Source: Marsupella aquatica
Taxonomy: Eukaryota > Plantae > Marchantiophyta
Direction: 5' to 3'
Assembly: GCA_973895155.1 (NCBI GenBank)
Contig: OZ316892.1
Span: 20,771,619 to 20,835,618 of the forward strand
Length of the DNA stretch: 64,000 nt
The notes under the pieces are model-generated. The model was not told the DNA's origin. It saw nothing but the letters and a program-made list of their open reading frames with translations, and made no database searches. Made by a program: the position numbers and the translations under genes. Positions 13,346 to 25,596 of the stretch are shown in pieces; within the stretch, counting starts at the first letter, position 1; every line of letters starts with the position of its first letter.

Positions 13346-14593
13346 ATGCTGACCACCATAGCTTTCGTTTCTTGTGGACAGCTTAATTTGGCTAACTTAT
13401 TGAATTCACGCTCCGGAGAATCTGAACAGAGCTCCGTAGGTGGCCAGAGAGATCTGGAATAATTGCTTTCAGTCGCGGCGTCACCGGATTGGTTAATTCT
13501 GACCACCACGACTCGGATGTGACGGAGGTGCAGGGAGGAATCAGTCTCGTTGTCAATGTTTTGGGTTGGTACGGAGTGAAGTAAAAGCTCAGACGAGGTC
13601 TGAGGGATTTGCAGTACATAGCAAGTGACTGAAACTTTTGTGCAGAGGGGCAAAGTTTGGGAAGATTGTTAGAGAAAAAGTACGTAGGAGTGTGACGGAC
13701 TGAATGAATGCAACGGTGACTCTGACTGAATGTGTGCGGTGCACCACCATAGTGAGGAGTTGTTTAGGAATTTTGCAACAATCGTTATTATTATTATTCA
13801 ACTTTTGACGATGTGCCGTCCGCAGTAAGTTCTTGAAGTGCTTGTGCGGTGTCTGTACCGTAATAATAACCCGTGCGTTACATTATTTAGTTCAACGGTC
13901 AAGGGGTGTCGTGACGGAGCTTGTCGTAATCTGCGTGATGGAATTCGGAAACGAGATGATCGAGGTCACTGGTATTGGTAGTGGCCCGCATTGAGTGCAT
14001 CACGAACTATACCATGCATGGACAGCAGTTTCACACGCTCGAGCTCTTGAGACCTTGCCTACCAGCTGCGAACTTCAATAAATTACGCCCCAAGGCCCAA
14101 GAGTCAGGGTCTACACGTTTCATTGTCGATAATAGGCGCTAAAGGCTAGGCACCATGTGGCTGGGAGAGTGGGATTTCCCAAATTCCACCTCCCCAAAAA
14201 TCTTTCGCCACTTCTGCCTAAAAAATTAGCTATTATTTTTCTGTCTCGTTAGTCAGTGTGCCACTTAATTTCAGGCCCCATTAGCCAGAATCTAATGGTC
14301 AGCCTTAAATCTAGGGAGATCGGACTGTAGTAAAATAATTTAATAATAAATCTTTTGATCATCTTCTCCTTCACACACTCTACATTCACCAACTCGATCC
14401 ACATTCACCACTGACTCTGGCCAAAAAGTAAATCCTTAAAAAATAGCTGGGAGTCACCACTGCAAATGTGTTTGAGACTGTTTGTTATAGCAGCCTTAGC
14501 AGTTAACCTTTCCAATGACCGAGGGGTGCAGTTTTTCCAAGAAGTGAGGGGTGTATAGAATATTTTAGCCTGTCAGTACTAATCACACATCAA

Positions 14594-14837
14594 TGTAAGG
14601 TGTGCACTCATTCATTTAAGGAATATAATGAGGTCTATCATGGTATGAAGTGATTTCATAGTTACACCCCCTAGATGTCATGTCAATGTCAAGTTTTGAT
14701 GCAGAGTCCCTACTAAAATATGGGTCAGAGTTATATATTGCACAGCAAAATATAACATTTGGGGTGTAGTACATCACTCCACACCATGATCAAACTCACC
14801 AACAAGAAGCCTTAAAGGATGAGTAACAAGCCTTAGG
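14594..14837. mobile_element. MITE-like imperfect fold-back
   Basis: atcatggtatgaagtgat..tacacccc (14636-14670) pairs with ggggtgtagtacatcactccacaccatgat (14761-14790). Outer arms actcattcatttaagg and ccttaaaggatgagt also pair. Confidence 0.5.
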
Positions 14838-15109
14838 AACTCTTGCCAAATAATCAGAAAAGCAGTGAAAAACAAAGAAAAAGTGCCAAAATTGAATGAA
14901 CAAAATATGACATAAACTGACTATGTTTTCACAGCCTCAAAAATCACCAAAATGAACTGAAGTTACATTCCACCAATAAATGACCTCAAAATATGACCTT
15001 AAATCACACAGAACTCCCTGCCCCCGGTCCATGGACCTAATGCTTAATCTGGACAATAAACCTTAAGACTAGCTTTTGCTCACTATTATAATTATGGTAA
15101 GATGGTAAG

Positions 15110-15720
15110 ACTAGCCCGATATCCATGCATTGCACACAAGATGTTGAGGCAAGGCAAACAAATTGAGTCAAGTTTAGATGTCAAGGCAGGATGTTGGGGT
15201 GAGACAAAGATGTTGGTTGCCCAGGGTTACTCGCAGGGTTGAGTTGGGTGGGGGCAAACATTTCAAGGAGGCAAAGATCTATATAGCTGCTGCAAGGCAA
15301 CGACATGCATGGGAGGCAAGGACGGGGAGGCAAAAAAATGCATGCAAGACAAAGAAATAGAGGCAAGGCAGCATGATAAAGAGATTATTGAGACATGTCA
15401 TGTACATTGTTGCTACAGCTATGTGGATGTTGGAGAGTGACCATGATGTTGTTGCAGCTATGTAGTCATTGCGGCCATTTGGCCATTTGTGAAGTGATGC
15501 TAAGTAGGTTACAAAAATGTCATCATATTGGTTGAGTGGTTCTTGCTGCCAAAATATTGTCATTCTGGTTGATGTTGTTGCTAAAATTAAGGTGATGTTG
15601 GCAGGGGAGGATGAACACATGGGAGGGGGAGATCGAGAAGCGCAAGATGGGCATTAGTGGTGGAGTATCATGGCGTCAAGGGGCAGGTCCATGCCAAGTC
15701 TTGAAGTGTTACATGGGACC
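15110..15720 (-). mobile_element. Non-autonomous Helitron-like copy (3' end at 15110)
   Basis: The - strand ends ...tgtgcaatgcatggatatcgggCTAGt, a decayed hairpin plus CTAG, preceded by ACATC-motif repeats. The 5' boundary is uncertain. Confidence 0.45.
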
Positions 15721-17879
15721 TTGACTGATAACAGTGTGGAATGGCAAATAAGAGTTATGAAGTAAAACTGGTACAATTTAAAACTTTTTGTCACTACTTG
15801 AGAGTTTTTGGAAGCATCTGATCACCACTTAACCTATTTTGAATCTCAAAAGGAAGTTTTGGAAAGAAGTGAAGAAGTTGGGATTTCAGACTGAAAATTT
15901 GCTTCTTGCTAAATCCAAAATAAATCGCTTTTAGCTAAATCCGGAGAAAATCGCTTTTAGTGGGATTTCAGTTTGAGGATTCTGCACCAACTTTGCCGGA
16001 TGATTGTGGATCAGCCCCATGTCAATGTGAGGAGCTTTTGGTCTCGTTGGAAAGCTTTTTGCAAGGGCTACATGAAGAATTTCTTAAATCATGAAAAGCA
16101 TAAACTTAAAAATGTCCTAAACTGATTCTCCGGGCTATCTTGGCATGTGTTGCTTAAACTGTTTTGCATCTCTTTCTCACCTCTTGAGCCTTTCCATGAG
16201 TTAGATAGAGTAGGATATAGAGGGACATAGTTTAATGTACCTTTAGGAATTAGATTTATAGAGTCTTAGTCTTACCTTATCTTTTAGGACCTTAAGTTTA
16301 GATGAGAAAAGGTTTTTAGGCTTTTAAACCTTTTGGCATCTCTACCTTTTGAGGGAGCCTTACAAGTGGAATCCCAAGACCATGATTCATTGTCTTTTCT
16401 TCAACATTGATTTTTGACCAAGTGTGGGTCTTTTTCTCATGCCAAATTGGGCTTAGGAGAGAGAATCTAATGGAGAAGACTTGTACCACACACATCAACT
16501 GAATTTCAAACATTTCATGGATCAAACCTAAGTATTCAAGTTTTGATGTTTGAATTAGTTGTAGGAAATAGAATTGAATGGATAACTAAGGTGTGCCTTT
16601 GAAATCTAGCTGAAATGGGAATTGTACCAACCTTCATGACGTAAAACCGATCACTACTAAGTTTATAAGTTAGAAGGAAGAGAAAACCTTTCAATCTATC
16701 GAGAAGAAGCCGAACCTAAGGAAGTTCATTTCAGCATTTGTGACATAATAATCGTTTCAGGATTATATAAGGAGAAACAACAAGGAAATCGCTTGAAGAT
16801 TTTGAACACCACAAAACCTTAGTAAATCGCTTTGTTTATTCTTTACGGGACCGAATCTTGGTATTTAAGGATAAAAGTACATACATTTGTATCGTTCCAC
16901 TTACCACAAACAGTCATGTTTTGAGGTCTCGGGCATGAGCACCATGTTGACCTAATCATAACGGGCTAAAGCACGTTGGCTATATATGGATGTCTAACTA
17001 GGAAGTTATGGGCCTATTTAAGTAACAAGTTGGCTTTGTGTCTAATCGATACCGACGCAAGAAACCTGAATGCACGGGATCCGGTGGTGCGGATCCACAA
17101 GCCACGCCATAGGCCCAAGGTAACTACGTGGAGAGGCAAAGCACAACTGGGAGACCAACCCCAGGTGGTGGTTACACAATAGGAAATCATTAAGAAACCC
17201 AAAGTCATAATTATGCAAGTCGATTGCTTGATTGTTTGACTGGCAGCGGCCTATTCATTTTTGCTTGTCCAAGAAGAAGCTACAATAAAGGCTTAGGGCT
17301 AGGTTCATGGGCCAGGGCAGGGAGTAAGACCAGTCCCTCTCCCTTGGGCCCAAGTATGCTATATGCCAAGGTATATACAAGATTCTAAATTAATATATGA
17401 GTTTTGACTTAGGAGCCAATGAGAATGCCCTGTATTGTTACTATACAGGATACATACCCATGGAGTTTAATTAAGAGGGAGTATGAGGGAAAATCATAAT
17501 CCCTACTACACTATTTGTACACCACTGCGGGTACCCCTGAGTACCTAGAAAGCTGCAAATGAATGTATTTGCTTAAACATTTTGACACATATCTGTACTC
17601 CTCACTCCCAACACCAGGGATCTTGACCCTTAGTGGCCAGGGACCTAACCCTTAATGTGACTCATAACTGAGTGAGCCAGCCACTGGGCGGTCATTTTAT
17701 TTTTGTTTGCCTCGAAACAACCAAATGAATTTCATTCATAATTAAAGCCAACATACAAAAAGGGGGCCCAAAAAGGGGACACCAACCCACAGGACCAAGG
17801 TCGATATGTTGAGACCGGGGAGACCGGCACCAGGGAAGAGACTAAGCCTCTAAAGAAGGCAACTAAACAAGTAATTTAA

Positions 17880-18300
17880 AAACTACAGTGGGAGCAGCAC
17901 ACTCCTAAAGACCGGCCAGTGAACAGGTTTGTGGGACATTTCCAGATGGGCTTTCCCGAAGGTGTGCTTTCCAGCACGAATCCTGGTGTTGTGTCGGGCC
18001 CAATTGCGGCATAGGTAAATTCCAAGGCCAGGATTTCCGGATAACCCCAGTGGATTTGGGTGAGTGAACTCAAAGAAATGTGTATTCTGATCTTTCCAGA
18101 GATTCCAAAAAACAATATCCTTGAGAGTATGCCACAATTTTGCAGGTATGTGCCACTCCTCAGGTATTGAGGCCCCTACAAAGATGTGAGCGAGTTGTAG
18201 CTGGATGTGGTTGCCCCGGGAGAATGCACATAACAGAAAACTGTGATGAACCCATCATTCTCCAGATGAATTGTGAACTAGTACAACCCCAGATGCAATG
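17880..18300 (-). mobile_element. LINE (L1-like) ORF2 C-terminal remnant
   Basis: WHTLKDIVFWNLWKDQN resembles the WxxWKxRN motif downstream of zf-RVT. Heavily degraded. Confidence 0.4.
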
Positions 18301-20097
18301 GACTATATCTTCTTGCTGATTTTGCTCACAGCTAGTGCACCCCCTGGGTCCTCACTCCATGTAAAAGAAGTGGACCCCCGTGCGATCGGGCCCTTTTCAT
18401 GTTTACCCCTTGTTATTTCCATTTGACCGTTAAAAGTCCTCTTATTACTGATAATAATTATAATTATTAGTTCAAAATGAATAAAAACCATCATTCGAGC
18501 GTTTGCACGTCCTCCATGTATTAGTTAAGACTGAGGGCCCAGGGAGTGCACCCGGTGGTAGGGTAGGTGGGTGGGGACCTTTAGAAGTTGCCAAAGAAAG
18601 CAATTCTCATTGGCTGCCTGGAACTATAACCAGACATCGGCCCACATCGAGCTGTGATTGGAATTCCACTGCAGCCTAGTTGCCCACTTATTCACTACCT
18701 TGTGAAAGGTACTTGGAAGTGGCCCCCCTTGGGAATCACTTAGGCTAAAAAGACTAATACCCTTTGAACACTTACATGTTACATACCCCTTATAAGTTTT
18801 CATATGGTGAGTTTAAAAGACACTTGAAAAATATATAATAAAGAATTTTCCATATATTAAAAAAACCCTTGAGTAATTTATAAGTACTTTTGAGACTCAT
18901 TAAAAATCTTGTTTCTTTGTAAAATACTGCAAGCTTGTAAAGTACTAAGGCATGATCAAATGCAAACTAATGTATAGTGTTTGCACTTGTGATTCGCGGA
19001 ACTCGACTACCTTAACACTTAGCTCCGGCGTCGTTGACTTTGACGCCAAGCTCCCTTATGGTCCAAGCCCGGAACAGCCATCCGGGGAGGACTTAACATG
19101 AGGATACTTGTGGGCAATGGGGCATGGCACTGGCAAAGGCAAGACACCCCTGGGCCCCCACTCCTTTCTAATATAGGGAGGATGTGAGAACCATTCAAGG
19201 GTCATTTTTATCCCTTCGGCGGTAATTTTTATAATTCGCTTACAATTTCGCAACCTCCGCATATATACCAAAACCACTTCGTAATTTCGGAAGATCCCTT
19301 GAAATGACATCCTTCTTACTTTTGCAAAAGGGTAAATCAATAGGTAGCAACACGCAACATCATATTGTTGGTACACATGTCAAATTATAATTGGGACACG
19401 TGTATTATCCTTACAGTATCCATATCTCCTTCATAGATTAAAATGTTAATATTGGCAGCTATGCTAAGCCAGAAAAGTTTTGAAGGGAGGATTGGGGGCG
19501 ATCCCGGGGGCGATGGGTGATGGACTGGGTGTGTGGAGTGAAATTGTAATATATGAAGGATAATTATTATTGTCCAAAACTCCCTTTTGTAATACATTGA
19601 AGATACTTTAATAAGAGGAAATTTTTGGTTTTATAAAAAACAAGGATAATCTCTATAGGAGAAAAATTAATAAGAAGGGGTACCTGTGTAGGGGAGGCTC
19701 ACAGGTATGATTGTATCATATACAAAGAGTGAGGGCCCAGGGCAAGACACTAAGCTGGTGACATACACTAAGGACTTAGACTAGCTGAGGGCTGGTCGAG
19801 TCAAGGAGGAAAGGGCCGGGCTCAAGGTCGACCATCTGGACCCCCAGACGGACTTTGAGTTTTGAGGGCTTGAGTGAGAGCTCCTCTTGGGCCCAAGGCC
19901 AATCATGGAGTTTACTCAAAGGACAACGAATGCTTGGGGCACGAGTTACGGCCCAATCCGGGTTTGGCCAATTGGGGGTTTTGGGCAACGATGGGATCTG
20001 AAGGCCTAGGCACGAGTATTGGGTTGGCCCAATCACAACGGGCTAAGGCACTCCGCCTACGAACACCTAACTAGAAAGTTACGGGCATTACCAGTTG

Positions 20098-20412
20098 GTG
20101 GCACGCCCTCGGGGGTTTCACTATATGAGAACCTTCCCAATCACCTATGACGTTTTTGGGCCTTGGACCCCTAAAATGTAAGAAAAACTTTGTAGGGGTT
20201 AAATTTTTAACCCCTACAAAGTTGGAATATTCCAAAAATTAGAATAGAAAGACCATAATGTTCTTATAAGTCTCAAAATTGAATTTAAAAGACACTATTG
20301 TTCTTCTACAAAAATTCTCAAGTCTTCCCTTAGAACCAGGAAAATGACCGTATCCTTCGTCGCACGTGATATGCCATTTTTATGGAAGTGAAACCCCTGA
20401 GAGCGCGCCCAA
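20098..20412. repeat. Imperfect inverted repeat enclosing a perfect 18-bp-stem hairpin
   Basis: ggcacgccctcgggggtttcact (~20100-20122) pairs with agtgaaacccctgagagcgcgccc (~20387-20410). aactttgtaggggttaaa-tt-tttaacccctacaaagtt lies at 20186-20223. Confidence 0.7.
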
Positions 20413-22877
20413 GCATGCGGGTTAGGGTCCAGGTTGGGGACCAATTTGGAGAGAAAAGTTGGTCCGGGGGTGGCAGGTCTTCAAAAGCATATATATGAGG
20501 GGAGTGCAGTCTCCCTAGGGACTAAGGGCAAACCAAAGTCGTGAGCCGCGACCGTCGTAGCACTAAGGGAAAACACCAAACGGAAACGACAATAACTTTA
20601 CGTTGTTTGAGGTAGTTGTGGGTGCGTTGGAAAGCTCTCGAGGAAGGCTAAATCCTCTTGAGCTCAGCTGGGTCTAGGGATGCCATAGGTTCTTGGGGTT
20701 TGCGGGGGCTATCTCGCCCGTTTGCCAAATCCTGCCAAAACAACAGCCTAGCCTCGTTCAATCTTTCAAGGGAGCTTGCGTTGGGGGGGCAAGACCAAGT
20801 AGGCATGGAGGTTGAGTTCCAAGGGCACTTGGCCCCTAGATCATCAATGGGGCGAGAACCGGGAGTTGGTTGCTAGAGTCAGGGTCATTCTGGTTCTAAC
20901 GTGTTGGGACAAGCTTGGGACAAGCTTTAAGAGAAGCTAAGCTATTTGGGCCATGAGCATGTCCTTGGGGTAGGACAGTCAGTTGGTGATGGATAGGTAC
21001 GTCAACCTTGGAGGAAACCAAGCTGCACCCAAGGAAGGAACTATTCTGGACAAACAATAGGTGTCGGTTCTGGTTCCGGCTTATGACATCGGGAGGACCT
21101 ATCACTGACCTACTTACCAATGTCTGTTGGGCTTGAGTTAGGACGCCTGACTTGGGAAATCTAGATCTTGAGGGGTTACTTACCGAGACGCTTGGTTGCT
21201 TGTGCAAACAGTGAGGACCGTTGAGTAGTAGTCGTGTTGAAGAGCAAGTGCGGCTTCGTATAGGAGGGGCCACAGGCAGTGCAAGGGGCACCAGGTTGCT
21301 TGCTCAAAGTATTCCGTGAAGGTGTTTGGGCACGAGGGGCACTTAGGCGTGGGTGTTGGGATTGGTGAGAGCGTTGGGTGGCTAGGTCCACCACTTTGTG
21401 GCTATGGAGTATCCATTTGATGTACCCCATAACTTGACAATGGATGTTGCCTTTGTGTCCTCCTAGTAATCTGGCCCCCATCCCATGCTCAGTCTTGACT
21501 ATGGCTGAGTGAGGGTTTACTTGAATCATAACCCCTCCCCAATATAAAACCCCCATCCTTCCCATCCAAACCTCATAGTTTACTCTAGAGGTTACAATTG
21601 TAAAAAAATTTAAAGTTTTCATATATTTATAATACTTAAGAGAATGGCACATGGCCCAATGAGTGCATGACATGTGGCACATAAGTGTGCAATAATACCC
21701 TTGCATAAAATAAGAAATAACAACGTACCCACACTAGATACTATAAACCCTTTGTCCTATTATAAGCAAAAACTCATCCTTGTATTATGGCCTTCATCCA
21801 TAGTATGTGTTTGTAATTATTAGTTGAACTCGATTTAATATACCCTTCATTTTTTTGATGACTGAGTGATTCCCCAAGGAGTGGCATCTGAATTTCACTC
21901 AGATGGGCAGTATTGGTTTCCAGAAATGGACGGCCATCCTTCCATTTGTACTGTGCAGCAGTGGAGCAAGAATGCCCACAGGTCTGACTCCCAACACGTT
22001 GTTTGTAATCCGCATCAGTGTGATGCATTCGCACAATAGGGGGTCTCAAATACCGGGTCGCTTTATGTTTTCCCGGACGAACTGTTTTTCCCGTAAGTCA
22101 GCCTGCGGACAAGTTGTACAGCGGTCCAGATTTAAGATTTTATATTTTCTTTACGTACCGGGGAACGTCAGCCACGGGAATCAGTGATGCCGCGGGACAG
22201 GGGGTTTGGAATTTTGAGAGGCCCTGCACATTGTTTTGAAATGCTCGGTACATATCGCGCCATTTAGGAAAGAAGATACATTTTGAAAGTGTTTTGAAAT
22301 CAGCGCAGAGGGGGAAGATTGGAAGAGTGACCCAAAAACATGGAGAACGTCGAGCAGGTCGCGCATTTAGAGGAGCCGATGGATCTGCAGGCTCTGGGTT
22401 CTGGAATGGATTGCAGGTCGAGTGGTGTAGCTCAACGCGCCTTCATCCCTCCACACGCTGTGCTCCCCGTGTGCGCGAACTTACACCTTTTGGTGCATTG
22501 CAAGATTGAGGACTACCAAAGGAGGCAAAAAGTCTCCAGTCCTTTTAATTAATCCAAGGACTGCCAACGGCCAAGATTAGCACATCTTAGGTAAAAAAGG
22601 CTTCATGACACACTTCCACAAATGTTGGGCACACTTCCAAGAGGTAAGGACTTTCAAAAAGTGTGGACACACTTCCAAAAGACTTGGCATGCAAGATCTA
22701 ACCTTTCAATCTCAACTACTTAATCCTAGCCATCAAGGGATATATGGCACATTCAATGCAAAATGGCAAGGACTTGAATCCTTTTTGTGGAGAAAAAAGG
22801 AGAAAAATGGTAGTCCTCAATCATGCAATGCACCTTTTGCAACACGTCCTTGCCAACCAGTACCTGCACGTCCTGCA

Positions 22878-24315
22878 ATGCCGAGTACACAAGGAAATTG
22901 TCGAAGTGTAGGTGGTACCCAATCCTCATCAGGGAAGTTGACAAGGAATGACTATGCGTTGATCATAGACTGGTTAGAAGTTCATGACAATTACAATGCC
23001 ATTTTTGGAGCAGGTAGAAAGACCAAGCCAGGAAATCGTTATCAGTCCAAGAAATTTTTGTCTTTACTTCCATGGCAGCAGTGTTAGCAGACTACGACTT
23101 CCCTAAGATGGATGGAGCAAATTTGGCAAAGAGATTTGGAAGGTACCAGGATATGTACAAGAAAGCCTTGATGCTGAAGAATTCCTTAGGTGGTGGCCTG
23201 ACCGAGGAGGAGTTACAATGTGGACTCACACTAGAACAAAAATTGGACAAAATGTGCCCTTTGTTTAGCAGGATGCATGCAATCTGTGGAGAACGAGCCA
23301 ACGTCCAACCCCCAGGCTTAGTCAGCCATGGCTTTGCAGGATGTAGTATCACTGAAGCCCCAGACGAAACTGAAGAACAGGGTGAAGAAATTGAAAATAA
23401 CAATGATGTGGTGGATCTTGATGAGCATCCAACATCTCCTACTTGGCTGATGGCAGGTATTGTGACAAGGCCAGTTGTTTTTGCAGACTTTTAGAGTGGA
23501 CTCTTAATTTTAATTTCATTCTCACTCTCTGAGTTGCGCAAGCAACTCGTCTTAGTACTATTTTATTCGCCAGGCTTACACACAGAAAATATTGAAATCT
23601 TTGCTTGTAGCTAGATTCTCCACCAGAGATAGACGAAGATTCTGTTCATCCTCTTGGTGATGAACAAATTCCGGCTCTAGGGCCAGGTGAAACCGAACCA
23701 TGTCCTACTACTGGGACCGAGGAGCTCAGAACGCCAAAGATGAGAGCTCAATTTACACCATCGAATTCTCCTCCAACAAGACATCCATCCAGGCCCAACC
23801 AAAGTGGAGGACAAGTAGCCCATGTAGCTGGTGCACCTGGTCAAATTGGGTCCACATCAAGAGGGAACGGGAATGAAAACCCATTAGCAAGTAAGAAGAA
23901 GCCCAACTTTGAAGGGACTGCCACTTCAAAAGGCAGTCTAGCAGCTATGTATGCAGAGCAACAGAAGGAGAAGACAGGCTTTCGGAAGGAGTTGATCCAA
24001 AGCAAAGTCCAGTGGAAGAAGGATGAGATTGACGATAGGCAGAAAGCAAGAGTCGATCTTGCCAAGAAGGACAAGTTGGACAGGGGCCACAAGATGAAGC
24101 TAGAGATTTTTGCAGCATCACAAGCTGAGAAGCGCATCAGGATGGATCAGCGTCGCCAGTTCTTTATGGCTCAGATGAACACAAAGGCACAACTAATGAC
24201 AGAATTGTTTAAGAGCAACAAATCCGAAACAGAAATTGGCAGACTCATGAACATGGTAGAATGCACCTTCAGTAGTGCAGATTCAATTCCACCTGTTGAT
24301 GGAGAAAATGAGTAG
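22878..24315 (+). pseudogene. Harbinger accessory (Myb/SANT-like) DNA-binding protein, frameshifted
   Basis: IIDWLEVHDNY...RFGRYQDMYKKA...GGGLTEEE...KLDKMCPLFSRMHAICGERANV, then an acidic linker and C-terminal coiled coil. Frameshift at ~23050-23070. Intron 23457-23614 (GT..AG) restores frame with the 23740-24315 ORF. Confidence 0.75.
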
Positions 24316-24517
24316 TAGTATGTGCGGGACAATGTCTTCAGTGATGACATGTTCACCTTAGTTACATGTAGGGGTGGAAATATTAGTGCATGGAGGCAGG
24401 AAATGTTTAGATTTGTGTTCATTCCTAAGGTGGATGGTTAGTTTCCAAATTTTTGCAAATTCTAAATAAAAGCCCTTCTTGACAGAGTCCTGCATTCTTA
24501 TTTCATTGACAAGTCCA

Positions 24518-24700
24518 CTAGTTCTTTGTTGCCTGGTTTGTTGTGAATCGGTCCATGAAGCACAAGCACGTACAAGACAGGTTTGCGCATGACAATTTGG
24601 GACATTCGGGCCTGTGCATTGTGCACTTACACATAGGGCACATTTTAGGGTCACTTAAGTACCATTCACCCTTACTTCTTTGTATTCTGCGCTTTGCCAT
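24518..24700 (-). CDS. Hypothetical 60-aa Cys-rich peptide inside the Harbinger element
   Basis: ATG-initiated ORF with a basic N-terminus followed by CPMCKCTMHRPECPKLSCANLSCTCLC. Short, so it could be a chance ORF. Confidence 0.3.
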   Translation of the reverse strand: MAKRRIQRSKGEWYLSDPKMCPMCKCTMHRPECPKLSCANLSCTCLCFMDRFTTNQATKN

Positions 24701-24826
24701 CTTCTATTAGTGGGCCATTTGTCTATTCAGAAAGCATAGTTTGCAAGGAGGTGTTCCCAAATCCCTAAGTTTCATATTCGTCTCACCTGAAATAGGCAAT
24801 CCGTTTTCCTTCCGCTTTGATCAATC

Positions 24827-25274
24827 ATGCCATCTCCCTCACATGACATAATGCCTACAAGTAAGCGATTGTGGGTCGTGTCGGGCCATCCATTTGACAA
24901 GACGGCCTTCATAGGCATTCGTGACTACCATACATGGAGCGAAGGCGCAAAAATTAGATTCAGGAGAATCTTTGCACTTGTATGTACACTCAACTTCTCA
25001 TCTTCCAAACGGAGTCAACATACTTGAAGTTGAGAGCTGGAGAGCTTTCATGTTTACGGAGGAGGATATCATGGGCGTGATCGAGCCTGCTAGTGAATGT
25101 CGTGCTGAACCATGTACTGAATCTGGTCCCCCTGATGTGTGTACATTCTACTATGACCAATTAAATGCCTGGAGCGCCGAGTGCAGAATGTCACAGGAAG
25201 AAGAAGCCAGGGCGATGGAGATTGCAAGGGCAAAGATCGTGAATGCAAAGTCACTGCCAACAGCTTCAAAGTAA
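24827..25274 (+). pseudogene. Hypothetical extra ORF inside the Harbinger element (two overlapping frames)
   Basis: ORFs 24827-25027 and 24921-25274 overlap and read like one frameshifted or spliced protein. No recognisable domain. Confidence 0.3.
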
Positions 25275-25596
25275 AATGTGCAATGATGACATGTTCATGC
25301 AATCATAAGTACGTGAATAGGTTGTCTTAGCAGTAGCACTGGATGAATTTTGTGAGTCCACTCACAATTTGGGAGAAGTAGCTAGACATGTAAGAAATGT
25401 CTTAGCAGTAGCACTGGACGAATTTGCATCCAACTCGCAAAGATAGAGTGTGCATGAAACTTCATAGTGGACTCTAGGTCACATGTAAGCCGACGTTTAT
25501 AAAGGTGAAATCTGTTTTTTTACATAACAATGTGTGCAATGTAATCTTGCATTAACCCTAATCGGACTTTGTACTTCTATGTCATTGCGCTACACT

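Noticed and set aside
22030-22060. gggggtctcaaa as a Harbinger left TIR
   Set aside because: No matching inverted copy or TWA target duplication found at the right end.
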